Part shown: positions 1 through 13,287 of the stretch, piece after piece
How positions within the stretch are numbered: position 1 is the stretch's first letter
Layout: each line of letters begins with the position of its first letter
Origin: an uncultured Bacteroidales bacterium
Lineage (GTDB): Bacteria > Bacteroidota > Bacteroidia > Bacteroidales > UBA4417
Assembly (NCBI GenBank): GCA_963802185.1
Contig: CAWDHU010000017.1
Location: 278,759-342,758, forward strand
Direction: 5' to 3'
DNA length: 64,000 bases
Translations under genes and position numbers: made by a program
Notes under the pieces: model-generated
The model's database searches: none
What the model saw: only the letters and a program-made list of their open reading frames with translations
Told to the model about the DNA's origin: nothing

Positions 1-1338
1 ACTCCCGGCCACGAAGCTTTTACCGCTATGCGTGCCCGTGGTGCTCAGGTTACCGATATTGTAATTATTGTAGTAGCAGCTGACGATACTGTGATGCCTC
101 AGACCAAGGAAGCTATCAACCACGCACAGGCTGCCGGTGTTCCAATGGTTTTTGCCATCAATAAAATTGATAAAAACGGTGCTAATCCTGAAAAAATAAA
201 GGAAGAACTTTCAAAACTCAATATTCTTGTCGAAGATTGGGGTGGGAAATACCAGAGCCAGGAAATATCTGCGAAGAAAGGTACTAATGTTACTGAGCTT
301 CTTGATAAAGTTCTTCTCGAAGCTGAGTTACTCGACCTCCACGCTAATCCCGATGCACGTGCCTCAGGAACAGTTATTGAATCTTCGTTAGATAAAGGAC
401 GTGGATATGTTGCTAAACTCCTTGTCCAGAATGGAACGCTTAAGTTAGGTGACTTTATTCTTGCTGGTTCGGTTTATGGCAAAGTGAAAGCCATGTATAA
501 CGAACGCAACCTGCCTATTAAAGAAGCCGGACCTTCGGCCCCTGTACTCCTGCTTGGACTTACAGGTGCACCACAAGCTGGTGATAAGTTTAAAATTATG
601 ATTGATGAACGCGATGCCAAACAGATTGCTACTAAACGTCAACAGTTGCAACGCGAACAAGGCATACGTACACAAAAACATATCACACTCGACGAAATCG
701 GACGCCGTATTGCAATCGGTGACTTTAAGGAACTGAATATTATAGTGAAAGCTGATGTTGACGGTTCGGTTGAAGCTTTGTCAGATTCATTGCTCAAACT
801 ATCAACGCCTCAGGTACAGGTTAATGTAATTCACAAGAGCGTAGGAGCTATTACCGAAAGTGATGTACTTCTTGCATCTGCCTCCAATGCGATTATTGCC
901 GGTTTCCAGGTGCGCCCAAGTATGAGTGCACGTAAATTAGCCGAACGCGAAGAAATTGATATCCGCTTCTATTCAATTATCTATACTGCAATCAACGAAA
1001 TCAAGCTTGCTATCGAAGGTATGCTTGCACCGGAAATTGAAGAAAAGATTGTTTGTAACGTAGAAATACGTGAAGTATTCAAAAATTCGAAAGTAGGAGC
1101 AATTGCAGGTTGTATGGTGCTGGATGGTAAAGTTACCCGTAACACCAGAATTCGTGTTATCCGCGACGGAATTGTTGTTCATGACGGATCACTTGGATCA
1201 CTGAAACGATTCAAAGATGATGTGAAAGAAGTACTTACAGGGTACGAATGCGGTTTAAATATCGACAACTTTAACGAAATTAGAATTGGTGATATAATTG
1301 AAGGTTACGAAGAAGTGGAAGTTAAACGGAAATTGTAA
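1..1338 (+). CDS. infB: Translation initiation factor IF-2, 5'-truncated by the window edge
   Basis: Frame is open from base 1 ([16 protein letters not shown]3 region), then NKID G4 and the IF-2 C-terminal [12 protein letters not shown]...GYECG motif. Confidence 0.98.
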   Translation, partial: TPGHEAFTAMRARGAQVTDIVIIVVAADDTVMPQTKEAINHAQAAGVPMVFAINKIDKNGANPEKIKEELSKLNILVEDWGGKYQSQEISAKKGTNVTELLDKVLLEAELLDLHANPDARASGTVIESSLDKGRGYVAKLLVQNGTLKLGDFILAGSVYGKVKAMYNERNLPIKEAGPSAPVLLLGLTGAPQAGDKFKIMIDERDAKQIATKRQQLQREQGIRTQKHITLDEIGRRIAIGDFKELNIIVKADVDGSVEALSDSLLKLSTPQVQVNVIHKSVGAITESDVLLASASNAIIAGFQVRPSMSARKLAEREEIDIRFYSIIYTAINEIKLAIEGMLAPEIEEKIVCNVEIREVFKNSKVGAIAGCMVLDGKVTRNTRIRVIRDGIVVHDGSLGSLKRFKDDVKEVLTGYECGLNIDNFNEIRIGDIIEGYEEVEVKRKL

Positions 1339-1364
1339 TTAAGTTTATAACTTTGAATTTAGTG

Positions 1365-1393
1365 ACGGCTGCCTGTAGGTAGCCGTTTTTTTT
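1365..1393 (+). terminator. Intrinsic terminator after infB
   Basis: Hairpin ACGGCTGCCT-GT-AGGTAGCCGT followed by a T run. Confidence 0.85.
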
Positions 1394-1573
1394 ATTGCTT
1401 TTTTTTATCCTTGCAAATTTATTGTTACAAGATGAACCCAGTTAATTATATAAATATGGTTAAAATGACTTTCTAAATCAGGAAAGTAAATCAGAAAATA
1501 TTTTCATTAAACATATTCGATTTTTCATGATATGATCGTAAATTTACAAAACAAACCCCAAAAACTAATTATT

Positions 1574-2212
1574 ATGAAAACAAAAGTCGTATTAGCATTG
1601 ATGCTATTTTTGTCCTCAACAGTAGTGTTTGGACAATTGGATAAAGGAAATATTTTTATACAGGGAGCTAGTTCCTTAGGATTTAGTACTGAAAAATATA
1701 CCTACATTCATGGTGGAACTTCAACAGAATCATCAAAAACAACGTATTTTGATTTTAATCCCAAAGTTGGCTACTTCATAATTGATAATTTGCCGGCAGG
1801 ATTGGCAATAGATTTAAGTACAACAAAAACCAAAGCTATTGATAGTGATGATGAAAGTACAAGTAATAGTATTACAATTGGTCCGTTTGTCCGTTATTAT
1901 TTCTTACCACAGGGCAAACTTAAACCTATGGGAGAAGCATACATAGGTTTCGGTAGTTCGAAAAACAAATCTAGTTACTCAAGCTACACCTACGAAACAA
2001 AATACGGAATTATACAATATAGCATAGGTGTTGGCGGAAGTTACTTTTTAACTGATAATGTTGCTTTTGATTTACTAATAGGCTATAAATCATGTAAATA
2101 TAAGCTAAAATCAGAAAGCAGTCCTGCCAAAAGCACAGCAGCAGAAGATAGCAGCGATAAATATACAGGCATTGCTTTTAACTTTGGAATTGTTGTAATA
2201 ATTCCGAATTAG
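1574..2212 (+). CDS. Outer membrane beta-barrel protein (OmpA/PorT-like small barrel)
   Basis: Signal peptide MKTKVVLALMLFLSSTVVFG, alternating beta-strand pattern (PKVGYF, GPFVRYY, GGSYFL, FNFGIVVII). Start moved to the ATG at 1574. Confidence 0.8.
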   Translation: MKTKVVLALMLFLSSTVVFGQLDKGNIFIQGASSLGFSTEKYTYIHGGTSTESSKTTYFDFNPKVGYFIIDNLPAGLAIDLSTTKTKAIDSDDESTSNSITIGPFVRYYFLPQGKLKPMGEAYIGFGSSKNKSSYSSYTYETKYGIIQYSIGVGGSYFLTDNVAFDLLIGYKSCKYKLKSESSPAKSTAAEDSSDKYTGIAFNFGIVVIIPN

Positions 2213-2316
2213 CAAAAACCGGCTTCAGCTAAAGTTACCCGCGTAACCTAATGTTTTCTGAATGCCATTTATGATACAACAGGAAAGTAATAATTTACAC
2301 AAAGAGGCTAACCATT

Positions 2317-3606
2317 TTATTTCAGAATGGTTTCTTCCCTTCCCGGACCAGAAGAAAGTATCTTCACGGGAAGACCGACAGTTTTTTCGATAAATCCGGT
2401 ATATTCTTTTAACTTCCCTGGCAAAAGGTTGTAATCGCTTATTCCATGGAGTGAGTGTTTCCAACCGGGCAAAGCAGTGTATAAAGGTTTCACCGGGTTA
2501 CTCAGGGTTTCGTATGTAAGATCCTGGGTAGTTTGTCCGTTAACTTCATAACCGGTACAGATATTGATCGTTTCAAAGTCGTTCATCACATCCGCCTTCA
2601 TCATAACAAGGTCGGTAACACCATTGAGCATAATAGCATAACGCAGTGCAGGCAGATCGAGCCAGCCACAACGACGAGGGCGTCCTGTTGTGGACCCAAA
2701 CTCTTTTCCGCTATCCCGCAGGTTTTCACCGGTTTTATCATTTAATTCAGTGGGGAATGGGCCGCTACCAACGCGGGTACAATATGCTTTAAAAACACCG
2801 TAAACCTTACCAACCGCTGATGGTGGGATACCTAAGCCTGAGCATACTCCTGCCGTAATGGTATTTGAAGAAGTAACATAAGGATAAGATCCGAAATCCA
2901 CATCGAGTAGACTTCCCTGTGCGCCTTCAGCAAGAATTGCTTTCCCTTCGGCTAGCGCTTTATTAATATATAACTCACTGTCAATCAAAGGAAATGAACG
3001 AAGTTCCTCAATGGCTGCAAACCAGTTTTTCTCGTATTCTTCGAAAGAAACCTTATCGATAAGCTGAGCCTGGTAATCAAAGTTATAGGACGCTAAAATC
3101 TTGAGGTGACGTTGTTTGAGGTTATTATATTTCTCAGTAAAATCAGACGCCAGAATATCGCCGAATCGAAGACCGTACCGTGCAGTTTTGTCCGTATAAC
3201 ATGGACCAATGCCTTTGAGGGTAGAACCTATTTTTCCGGCACCCATAGCTTGCTCGTATGCTGCATCAAGCATCCGATGCGTTGGCAAAATAAGATGTGC
3301 ACGCTTCGAAATCCGCAGGTTCACTTTTGGATTAACTCCTTTAGACACCAATTGGGCAAGTTCCTGTGAAAGAATATATGGATCGGCTATTACACCATTG
3401 CCAATAATATTAATTTTTTCAGGATGAAATATTCCGGATGGAATGGTATGCAAAACATGCTTGTCGCCTTCAATTTGTAGTGTATGTCCGGCATTGGGTC
3501 CACCCTGGAACCTGGCAATTATATCATACTGGGGCGTAAGCACATCCACAATTTTTCCTTTTCCTTCGTCGCCCCATTGCAGGCCTAACAAAACATCTAC
3601 TTTCAT
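2317..3606 (-). CDS. purA: Adenylosuccinate synthetase
   Basis: GLQWGDEGKGK, GGPNAGHT, EGAQG and TTGRPRRCGW motifs. Confidence 0.98.
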   Translation of the reverse strand: MKVDVLLGLQWGDEGKGKIVDVLTPQYDIIARFQGGPNAGHTLQIEGDKHVLHTIPSGIFHPEKINIIGNGVIADPYILSQELAQLVSKGVNPKVNLRISKRAHLILPTHRMLDAAYEQAMGAGKIGSTLKGIGPCYTDKTARYGLRFGDILASDFTEKYNNLKQRHLKILASYNFDYQAQLIDKVSFEEYEKNWFAAIEELRSFPLIDSELYINKALAEGKAILAEGAQGSLLDVDFGSYPYVTSSNTITAGVCSGLGIPPSAVGKVYGVFKAYCTRVGSGPFPTELNDKTGENLRDSGKEFGSTTGRPRRCGWLDLPALRYAIMLNGVTDLVMMKADVMNDFETINICTGYEVNGQTTQDLTYETLSNPVKPLYTALPGWKHSLHGISDYNLLPGKLKEYTGFIEKTVGLPVKILSSGPGREETILK

Positions 3607-3804
3607 CTTTTTTTATTTTTTACGGGTCTCAATAACACTTCACAATCAGGAAAATTTATCTGTGAAAAGATATTGACAATCCTGGCAGCTTCAGCTATAC
3701 ACAAATTAAGCAACCTTGCAGAGGTTGCTGTCGATAGTATTGCAAAGATAAATTAATTATTGAAAGCACTTCAAAAAAAGAGCTGACACATGAGGAATGA
3801 AATG

Positions 3805-4266
3805 TTAATTAACGGCTTCTGGCTTTATACGTGTGCCATAAAGTGTAAGGGCATGATGCGTTACTTTCACACCAAGTGCCTTTTCGGCTGAAATAATAAT
3901 ATCCTGGATACGTGGATCACAAAATTCAAGAACTCCCCCATTTTCAATGTCAATAAAATGGTCATGTTGTTTAAATTTGAACGATTTTTCAAATTGAGCA
4001 CAGTTATTACCGAACTGATGTTTTGTTACCAGGTGGCAATTCAGTAATAATTCAATTGTATTGTATAGTGTTGCACGACTAACCCTATACTTATTATTCT
4101 TCATCTGGATATAGAGAGATTCAATATCAAAATGACCTTCGGTAGAATAAATTTCCTTAAGTATGGTAAACCGTTCAGGCGTTTTGCGGTGCCCCAGTTT
4201 CTCGAGGTAGTCAGTAAATAACTTCTTGACAGCTTCGTAATTAAGTTTCTTTGAATCAGAGATCAT
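3805..4266 (-). CDS. fur: Fur-family transcriptional regulator
   Basis: [30 protein letters not shown] and HDH metal motif. Likely start MISDSKK at 4266; adjacent to purA as is common in Bacteroidota. Confidence 0.92.
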   Translation of the reverse strand: MISDSKKLNYEAVKKLFTDYLEKLGHRKTPERFTILKEIYSTEGHFDIESLYIQMKNNKYRVSRATLYNTIELLLNCHLVTKHQFGNNCAQFEKSFKFKQHDHFIDIENGGVLEFCDPRIQDIIISAEKALGVKVTHHALTLYGTRIKPEAVN

Positions 4267-4306
4267 AGCATTGAATTTTGTGTAAAAATATAAAAATTTC
4301 CAATTA

Positions 4307-4329
4307 CTATTTAGAATAAATAAAAATAG
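4307..4329. promoter_or_regulatory. AT-rich imperfect palindrome upstream of fur, candidate Fur box
   Basis: CTATTTAGAATAAATAAAAATAG with CTATTT/AAATAG inverted ends, about 40 nt upstream of the fur start. Function is inferred. Confidence 0.4.
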
Positions 4330-4598
4330 GTATAAATTTATATCCATTACCATAAAGAGAAATAAAATCTGGTTCCCGGTTCCGGGTTCAAGTTTCCAGA
4401 TTATGGCTCAGGAATTTGTCGGTATTTAAAAGTCGATATAAAACATAATGGATTAGTACAAGCCATACGGAGCAAACAACAAAGGTTTTCGCGAGCGTAG
4501 CAGATAAAGGCACTATGATTTGAAATGAACGGCATATTCTTAAAGTTAAAGCGGCTTTATATGATATTTTTAAGAATAAAAAAAGGATAGAAAACCAT

Positions 4599-6827
4599 TT
4601 ACGTTTTCATAAATTTCAGCATGCGTGAAGCCGTTGATACACCTTCTATTTTTTTTATCTGCTCAATTGTGCTATTAATATCGATTGTATCTCGAACAAA
4701 AAAGCTAATATATGCTTCGAAAAGATCACCTGAAGTATCAATATGAAACGACCTTACATTAAAATGCATCTCATCACTAATCACTCTTATTATATCTGAA
4801 ATCATGCTCTTACGATCAAACCCCCCTATTTTAGCGCCCCCCAGAAATGTATTCATTTGTTTATTGTTCCAGCTGGCATGAATTATCCTGTTAGAAAGGC
4901 GAGCCATAAGTTCAATTGCCTCCGGACAATTAGTGCGGTGTACAATCCATTTTGTACCATCGGGAGTATAGGCTATTATTTCATCTCCTGGTAAAGGATG
5001 ACAACATATTGCAATTCCAAAGTCGAGTTCCTCCAGATCATGCGAAATGCCTTGTTTTGATTTAAGTTTTGGCGCTGATCCAGTTTCCTCAAACTGATCT
5101 TTTTTATAGCCAGATCGTTTACGGGAATTTATTTCAGTTTTTTCTAAAATAATAAATTTCTCTACCTGTTCAACGGATATATTGTCCAGATAAGCATTAT
5201 AGAATAAATCCGCCGGACCCGAAAATCCCAGATATTCACAGAAACGTGCAATATGGGTTTTACTGATTGGAAAATCATGCTTTTTGAATGTTTCTTCCAG
5301 TTTAATTCTGCCTGTTGTTGCCAGCTCTTTTCGCTGGTCTTTCAATGCTTCTTTAATACTGTACCTGGCTCGGGGCGTAATGGCATATTCAAGCCATTCT
5401 TCTTTGGGAAAACTCTTCTTTGATGCTATAACTTCAACCTGGTCGCCGCTTCGAAGTTTATGATCTAAAGGAACCAGGTTTCTGTTAACTTTAACACCAA
5501 TGCAATGGTTACCTAATTCAGTATGAACCAGGTATGCAAAATCGAGAACAGTGCTTCCTGCTGGCAATGATTTAAGATGTCCTTTTGGAGTCCACACAAA
5601 AACTTCGTCACTGAAAAGTGTAAGTTTAATATCGTCAAGGAAATTCAGTGTGTTTGCATCAGGTGATTTCAGAATCTTGCGTATCTCAGCCAACCAATCA
5701 TCAAGACCTGATTCCTGTGCCTTGTCCTTATCAATCTGTTGTTTATATTTCCAATGTGCGGCATATCCTCTCTCAGCTATTTCGTGCATCCGTCGCGTAC
5801 GTATCTGCACTTCGACCCATTGCCCTGTAGGACTCATCACCGTTGTATGCAGCGACTCGTAGCCATTTGCCTTTGGAGTGGATATCCAGTCGCGGAGGCG
5901 GTTTTGTTTTGGGTTATAGGTATCAGTTACCAGGGTATAAACCCGCCAGCAGTCGATTTTCTCTAATTCAGGAGGTGATTCAATTATAATACGGACTGCA
6001 AACAAGTCGTAAACTTCCTCAAATGGGATTTCCTTAACCTGCATTTTTTTATAAATGGAATATACTGACTTAGCCCGTGTATCAATTTCAAAATTTATGC
6101 CTTGCGAAGCCATTGCTTTTTTAATCGGAAATATGAATTTCTGGATGAAACTCTTACGTTCATATTCCGTTTCCTGCAATTTCGTTGATATGGTCCGGTA
6201 AATTTCCGGTTCATTATATTTAAGAGCCAGGTCCTCGAGTTCACTTTTGATCACATATAAACCAAGCCGGTGCGCTAAAGGAGAATAAAGGTAAAGGGTT
6301 TCGGCTGCGATGTTCTGCTGTTTTGAGGCTGGCATTGAATCGAGTGTGCGCATATTGTGTAACCGATCGGCCAATTTAATCAGGATTACCCTTACATCGT
6401 CACTCAAAGTTAAAAGCATCTTTTTTATGCTCTCAACTTGCGCTGTCGATTCAAGTCTTTCATAACCATCCTTAATTTTGGTAAGCCCGTCGACAATATA
6501 AGCAACTTTATCGCCAAATTTCTGCCTGATCATATCGATGGTGTAATCAGGGTTATCCTCCACCACATCATGAAGTAATGCACTGATAATGGCAGTTTCG
6601 CCCAGTCCGATCTCTTCGGCTACTATACGGGCAACTTCGAGCGGATGATAAATGTATGGCTCACCGGTGCGGCGACGCATAGTGAAGTGTGCCTGGGAAG
6701 CCATAATAAAAGCTTTGCGAACCTGGTTGTCTCTTTTAACCCCCTTTTTCGCATTCCATGCCCTCATCAGAGCACGGTATCGTTTTACAATTTCTTTTTT
6801 CTCCTTCTGCAGATCAATATTATACAT
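4599..6827 (-). CDS. relA: RelA/SpoT (p)ppGpp synthetase/hydrolase
   Basis: HD domain (PYIYHP, LLHDVVED, KLADRLHNMRTL), synthetase (DLFAVRII, NGYESLHT, EVQIRT), TGS and ACT domains. Likely start MYNIDL. Confidence 0.95.
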   Translation of the reverse strand: MYNIDLQKEKKEIVKRYRALMRAWNAKKGVKRDNQVRKAFIMASQAHFTMRRRTGEPYIYHPLEVARIVAEEIGLGETAIISALLHDVVEDNPDYTIDMIRQKFGDKVAYIVDGLTKIKDGYERLESTAQVESIKKMLLTLSDDVRVILIKLADRLHNMRTLDSMPASKQQNIAAETLYLYSPLAHRLGLYVIKSELEDLALKYNEPEIYRTISTKLQETEYERKSFIQKFIFPIKKAMASQGINFEIDTRAKSVYSIYKKMQVKEIPFEEVYDLFAVRIIIESPPELEKIDCWRVYTLVTDTYNPKQNRLRDWISTPKANGYESLHTTVMSPTGQWVEVQIRTRRMHEIAERGYAAHWKYKQQIDKDKAQESGLDDWLAEIRKILKSPDANTLNFLDDIKLTLFSDEVFVWTPKGHLKSLPAGSTVLDFAYLVHTELGNHCIGVKVNRNLVPLDHKLRSGDQVEVIASKKSFPKEEWLEYAITPRARYSIKEALKDQRKELATTGRIKLEETFKKHDFPISKTHIARFCEYLGFSGPADLFYNAYLDNISVEQVEKFIILEKTEINSRKRSGYKKDQFEETGSAPKLKSKQGISHDLEELDFGIAICCHPLPGDEIIAYTPDGTKWIVHRTNCPEAIELMARLSNRIIHASWNNKQMNTFLGGAKIGGFDRKSMISDIIRVISDEMHFNVRSFHIDTSGDLFEAYISFFVRDTIDINSTIEQIKKIEGVSTASRMLKFMKT

Positions 6828-7242
6828 ACACTTTAATCCTTCCTGCTTGAACACTTCAAAAATACTAAATAAATCTGATTCTCAGAGGCCGTGCCTTCAT
6901 TTCATGCTAGCTATCAGAGGGCAGAGATGTAAATGATTTTTATTACATTATTAAATGAAGATCTTCAGATGAACATTCGCTTGAAAATAATATCTGCCTG
7001 TAACAAAACAAGGGTTGATATTCTTTTAGCAGGCTGGCATTTTCAGCAAAACTTTTAATAACTTATGTCCATATCTGTTTAATCCTGATAAAATGAAAAA
7101 CAAATAAATTCAGTACTATAATATTAACGTTTAAAACTTCAAAATTAAAGGCTTATATAAATCATAATTTGTACTTTTGATGTTTGGATGCATGCCATGG
7201 CCGATTGCCATCAGGTGAAGCTCTCCCGCACTACAGATTGTC

Positions 7243-9842
7243 ATGAAAAAATTCTTTATACTGTTTATTGTATTGATTTGGTTTTCAGGCCCTTTATTGG
7301 CTACACATCAGCGTGCAGGTGAAATCACATTTAAATATATATCGGCACTAACTTACGAAATAACTATTGTAACCTATTCATATGCTCCCAGCCCCGCCGA
7401 CAGGTATGAACTTACCATCAACTGGGGCGACAATACAAGTGCCGTTCTGCCGCGATCCAATGGTCCGACAAATCAGCAGGGACATACCGGAGAGATTGTA
7501 GGTCCTGACATTAAGAGGAATCTTTATGTCGGAGTTCATACCTTTCCCGGAGCAGCCACTTATCATATCACCCTCGAGGATCCTAACCGGAACTATGGTG
7601 TACAAAATATCCCCAATTCAGTTGAGGTTCCTTTGTTTATTGAAACACTACTTATTATAAATCCTTTTATCGGAAACAACTCTTCACCGCAACTTTTACT
7701 GCCTCCGATCGACCAGGGTTGTGTGAACCAGCCATTCCTGCATAATCCAGGTGCATACGACCCCGATGGCGACAGCCTGTCATTCCGCCTGGTGACGTGC
7801 CGAGGTGCAAACGGCGATAACATTCCGGGCTTCCAGCTTCCCAACCAGGTAGGGGCCAACGTAGGAGGCACTTTTACTATAAATTCATCAACTGGAGAAA
7901 TCCTGTGGCAGAAACCTGAAATGCAGGGCGAATATAATATCGCTTTCCTGATTGAAGAATGGCGTAACGGGCTGAAAATCGGTTTTATTACACGTGACAT
8001 GCAGATCACCATTGTAACATGCGACAATCATGCACCGGTAATAAGTCCAATTAATGATACCTGTGTAGAAGCCGGGTCTACTTTACAATTCAAGGTTATT
8101 GCAACAGATGCTGATTCGAATGGCATTAAACTAACTGCTGCCGGTGCTCCATTTCAAATTGCTGATCCAGCTGTTTTTACATCACCTGCTGACTCTATTG
8201 GGCGAAACACGGGTATTTTCACGTGGAAGACAAGCTGTAGTCATGTCAGGAAGAACCCATACCAGGTATATTTTAAAGCTACAGATAACGATACTCCTGT
8301 CAATCTTTTCGATTTAAAAAGCATGAATATCACTGTAGTTGGCCCGGCACCCAAGAACCTGACTGCCTCAGCCTTAGGCAATAGTATTCAGTTAAAATGG
8401 AATAAAAACCAATGTTCTAATATAAACGGGTACAAAATCTACCGGCGAAATGGTTTTTATGGTTATGTAGCAGGATATTGCGAAACAGGTGTTCCTTTAT
8501 ATACCGGTTATCAATTGATTACCACTCTGACAACGACTGATACTTTGTTTACAGATAGTGAACTTTCGCGTGGAATTGATTACTGCTATATGGTGGTTGC
8601 TACATATCCTGACGGGGCCGAAAGCTATGCTTCCAATGAGGCTTGTTCACAACTTAAAAAAGATGTTCCTGTTATAACAAATATCAGTATTCAGAAAACA
8701 GGAATCGCCGACGGACGCGTTTATATTGCCTGGTCGAAGCCAACAGAATTAGATCTTGTACAAACTCCAGGCCCTTACAAATACCTCATTTACAGATCTG
8801 ATGATCTTACTGGAGCTGCCCTTAACCTTATTGATTCCCTGTCCATCAATCAACGATACTACTTACACAAATGATCTCATAAATACTAACGATCATGGAT
8901 TAAACTACCGGGTTGATTTTTATAATGATACCCCCGGAAACCGCTTCCTTGTTGGTCCTTCACAAAAAGCTTCATCTGTATTTATTACTTTTACTCCGGG
9001 AGATAAAAAAGTCAGGATTAATATCAACTTTGCAGTTCCGTGGACTAATGAACAGTACGTTATTTTCAGAAAGAATGAAAGCACATTGCTTTTCGATTCT
9101 ATTGGTACATCTATTACACCATTTTATATTGATTATGATCGTATAAATGGCCAATCATACTGTTATAAGGTAAAAGCTGTTGGAACATATGGAACTGCAG
9201 GAATTACTGATCCTCTCATTAACTTTTCACAAGAAGCATGTGCGAGTTCCAATTGACAATGAAGTACCATGTGCTCCAACACTTTATGCACATGCGGATT
9301 GTGATAATTTTGAGAATGTGCTTACATGGGAAAACACTGAACCGGATTGTTCATATGATATTATACAGTACGTAATATATTACAGACCTCCGCAGGCTGA
9401 GAGCCTTGTGCCGCTGGACTCAACACAGGCATTCACCTATACACATTCGAACCTTACCACTATAGCAGGATGTTATGCAATTCTTGCAGTAGATTCAGTT
9501 GGGAACAGGAGTGCAATGAGTGATACTGTCTGCATCAATAGTGATGCTTGCGGTACATATCGGCTGCCAAATATATTTACGCCAAATGGCGACGAAAGAA
9601 ATGACTTCTTTGTTCCATTTCCATATTCAGGAGTCGAAAAAATCGACCTGCAAATTGTTAACCGATGGGGTAACCTGATTTTCAACACCCAGGACCCTGC
9701 TATTAAATGGGATGGAAAGATTCAAGGTACAAATCAGGAGGTTAGCGATGGAGTATATTATTACGTATGCGATGTATATGAACTTACACTGAATGGCACA
9801 GTGAAAAGGACATTAAAGGGAAGTATAACGGTGATAAGGTAA
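7243..9842 (+). pseudogene. T9SS type-B sorting-domain (gliding-motility CTD) surface protein, split by two +1 frameshifts (about 8845 and about 9245)
   Basis: ORFs 7243-8874, 8756-9256 and 9180-9842 read as one protein: signal peptide plus THQRAGEI, DPDGDSL repeats and FN3-like domains, ending in the CTD PNIFTPNGDERNDFF...IVNRWG...WDG...GVYYY...KGSITVIR. Removing one base at each site gives 865 aa. May be an assembly error. Confidence 0.8.
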
Positions 9843-9910
9843 AATGAGATCACATCGTAGGAGACTTTTATTCAACAAAGTGAAGTGTCATAGTCTCTCA
9901 AAAGGTAAAC

Positions 9911-9943
9911 AAAAAAAGAGCCACTCGAAAGCAGCTCTTTTTT
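9911..9943. terminator. Bidirectional terminator between the convergent T9SS gene and gap
   Basis: A7-GAGC...GCTC-T6 hairpin. Confidence 0.7.
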
Positions 9944-9962
9944 ATTTTGGATAGAAACTGTA

Positions 9963-11060
<1,098 letters not shown>

Positions 11061-11402
11061 TTAAAATGATAGCTAAAGCTACGGAATGTTTTTTTTGAGG
11101 GGTGAGTTTTAATTAAAAGATCATTTAAGAATTGAAGATTGAGTTTTTTTGAATGTGGAAAGGGGTTGTGGCTGTTAATTTGTTATTCAAAAGTTGACAA
11201 CAGATGTTATGGACTTTCTGAACAGGAATAGTGGTCATTCATTGACGTTATTGATAAATAATCCATGAAATGTGAGTGACTTGGAATTATTTGATGCAAT
11301 TTTATCATCAGAATATAAAACCAACTTTTTTGAACTTTTGTTTTTAAAAACCATCGTTTAGCATATGTTAAAAATTGTTCCCTTTTTCATACCTTTGCGG
11401 CA

Positions 11403-13190
11403 ATGAAACACATCAGAAATTTTTGCATCATTGCACATATCGACCACGGCAAAAGCACGTTGGCCGACCGCCTGCTCGAAACCACCGGAACCCTTACCGA
11501 ACGCCAGCTTCAGAACCAGGTGCTCGATGATATGGATATTGAACGCGAACGTGGTATTACTATAAAAAGCCATGCTATCCGGATGGATTATTTGTACAAT
11601 GGCATCAAATATGAGCTAAACCTTATTGATACACCAGGGCATGTCGATTTTTCGTACGAAGTATCACGCGCCATTGCAGCCTGTGAAGGCGCATTGCTCA
11701 TAGTTGATGCTACGCAGGGCATCCAGGCTCAAACCATTTCCAATTTGTACCTGGCTTTGGAACACGACCTGGAAATCATCCCGGTAATGAATAAAATGGA
11801 TATGGATTCGGCCATGCCCGAAGAAGTTGAAGATCAAATTATTGAACTTATAGGTTGTAAACCAGAAGATATTATCCGCGCCAGTGCCCGCACAGGGATG
11901 GGGGTTCAGGAAATTCTTGATGCTATAATCAGTCGCATTCCGGCACCGAAAGGCGATCCCGAAGCACCTCTGCAAGCTCTTATTTTTGATTCCTTGTTTA
12001 ATCCATTCAGAGGAATTGTAGCTTATTTCCGTATTTTCAATGGCAAGATACGTAAAGGTGACCTCGTTAAATTTGTGAATACCGGCAAAGAGTATAAAGC
12101 AGAAGAGATCGGCTTACTCAAATTACAACAAAAACCAATGGATACCCTTACTACCGGAGACGTTGGTTATATAATATCGGGGATTAAAACAGCCAAAGAG
12201 ATAAAAGTCGGCGATACTATCACTCATGTGGACCGGCCATGTTCTGCCGCTATAGAAGGATTTGCCAATGTAAAACCTATGGTTTTTGCCGGGCTTTATC
12301 CCATAGATGCTGATGATTATGAAGAGCTTCGCGTTGCCATTGAAAAACTGCAACTTAATGATGCTTCTCTCAGTTTTGAGCCTGAATCATCCTTAGCTCT
12401 CGGATTTGGATTCCGCTGCGGATTTCTTGGACTTCTGCATATGGAAATTGTCCAGGAACGCCTCGACCGCGAATTCAATATGGACGTAATCTCAACAGTA
12501 CCAAACGTAATGTATAAGGTTATTACCACAAAAGGCGAAGAAATTGAAGTTCACAATCCTTCGGGAATGCCTGATACTACCTGGGTGGATGATATTTACG
12601 AACCTTTTATTTCGGCCCAGGTAATTTCAAAATCAGATTACCAGGGTGCTATCATGAAATTATGCCTCGAAAAACGTGGCACACTCAAAAATCAGATTTA
12701 CCTGACTCAGAACCGTGTTGAACTTAGTTTTGACCTTCCACTGGGCGAAATCGTAATCGATTTTTATGATAAGCTGAAAAGTATCTCGAAAGGATATGCT
12801 TCGTTCGATTATCATATTTCTGATTATCGTAAAGCTGACCTGGTAAAACTTGATATTCTCCTGAACGGTGATCCTGTTGACGCACTTAGTACACTAATTC
12901 ATCGCGATAACGCCTACAATTTCGGTCGTCGGATCTGCGAAAAGCTAAAAGAGCTTATTCCCCGGCAACAATACGAAGTAGCCATCCAGGCTGCCATTGG
13001 TGCAAAAATCATATCGCGCGAAACCATTAAGCCACTTCGCAAGGATGTTATTGCCAAATGTTATGGTGGGGATATTTCGCGAAAACGTAAACTACTCGAA
13101 AAACAGAAAAAAGGGAAGAAACGTATGCGCCAGATCGGAAATATAGAAGTCCCGCAAAGTGCATTCCTAGCAGTGTTGAAACTCGATTAA
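11403..13190 (+). CDS. lepA: Elongation factor 4 (LepA)
   Basis: [48 protein letters not shown]. Confidence 0.99.
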   Translation: MKHIRNFCIIAHIDHGKSTLADRLLETTGTLTERQLQNQVLDDMDIERERGITIKSHAIRMDYLYNGIKYELNLIDTPGHVDFSYEVSRAIAACEGALLIVDATQGIQAQTISNLYLALEHDLEIIPVMNKMDMDSAMPEEVEDQIIELIGCKPEDIIRASARTGMGVQEILDAIISRIPAPKGDPEAPLQALIFDSLFNPFRGIVAYFRIFNGKIRKGDLVKFVNTGKEYKAEEIGLLKLQQKPMDTLTTGDVGYIISGIKTAKEIKVGDTITHVDRPCSAAIEGFANVKPMVFAGLYPIDADDYEELRVAIEKLQLNDASLSFEPESSLALGFGFRCGFLGLLHMEIVQERLDREFNMDVISTVPNVMYKVITTKGEEIEVHNPSGMPDTTWVDDIYEPFISAQVISKSDYQGAIMKLCLEKRGTLKNQIYLTQNRVELSFDLPLGEIVIDFYDKLKSISKGYASFDYHISDYRKADLVKLDILLNGDPVDALSTLIHRDNAYNFGRRICEKLKELIPRQQYEVAIQAAIGAKIISRETIKPLRKDVIAKCYGGDISRKRKLLEKQKKGKKRMRQIGNIEVPQSAFLAVLKLD

Positions 13191-13234
13191 ACTTATTCTT
13201 TCGTATTAAAAAAAGCTTTTCTAATAAAAGAAAT

Positions 13235-13265
13235 CTCCGGGCAATCATCGTTACCCGGAGTTTTT
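13235..13265 (+). terminator. Terminator between lepA and the convergent cysK
   Basis: CTCCGGG...CCCGGAG hairpin plus T run. Confidence 0.7.
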
Positions 13266-13287
13266 CGTATAAAGAATCACAGCAACT

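Noticed and set aside
3920-3970. Fur lacks the structural CxxC motifs ([10 protein letters not shown])
   Set aside because: Cys-free Fur variants are common; not distinctive.
8842-9251. Programmed ribosomal frameshifting or phase variation in the T9SS gene
   Set aside because: No slippery heptamer, homopolymer or long SSR at either site, and two successive shifts would be needed.
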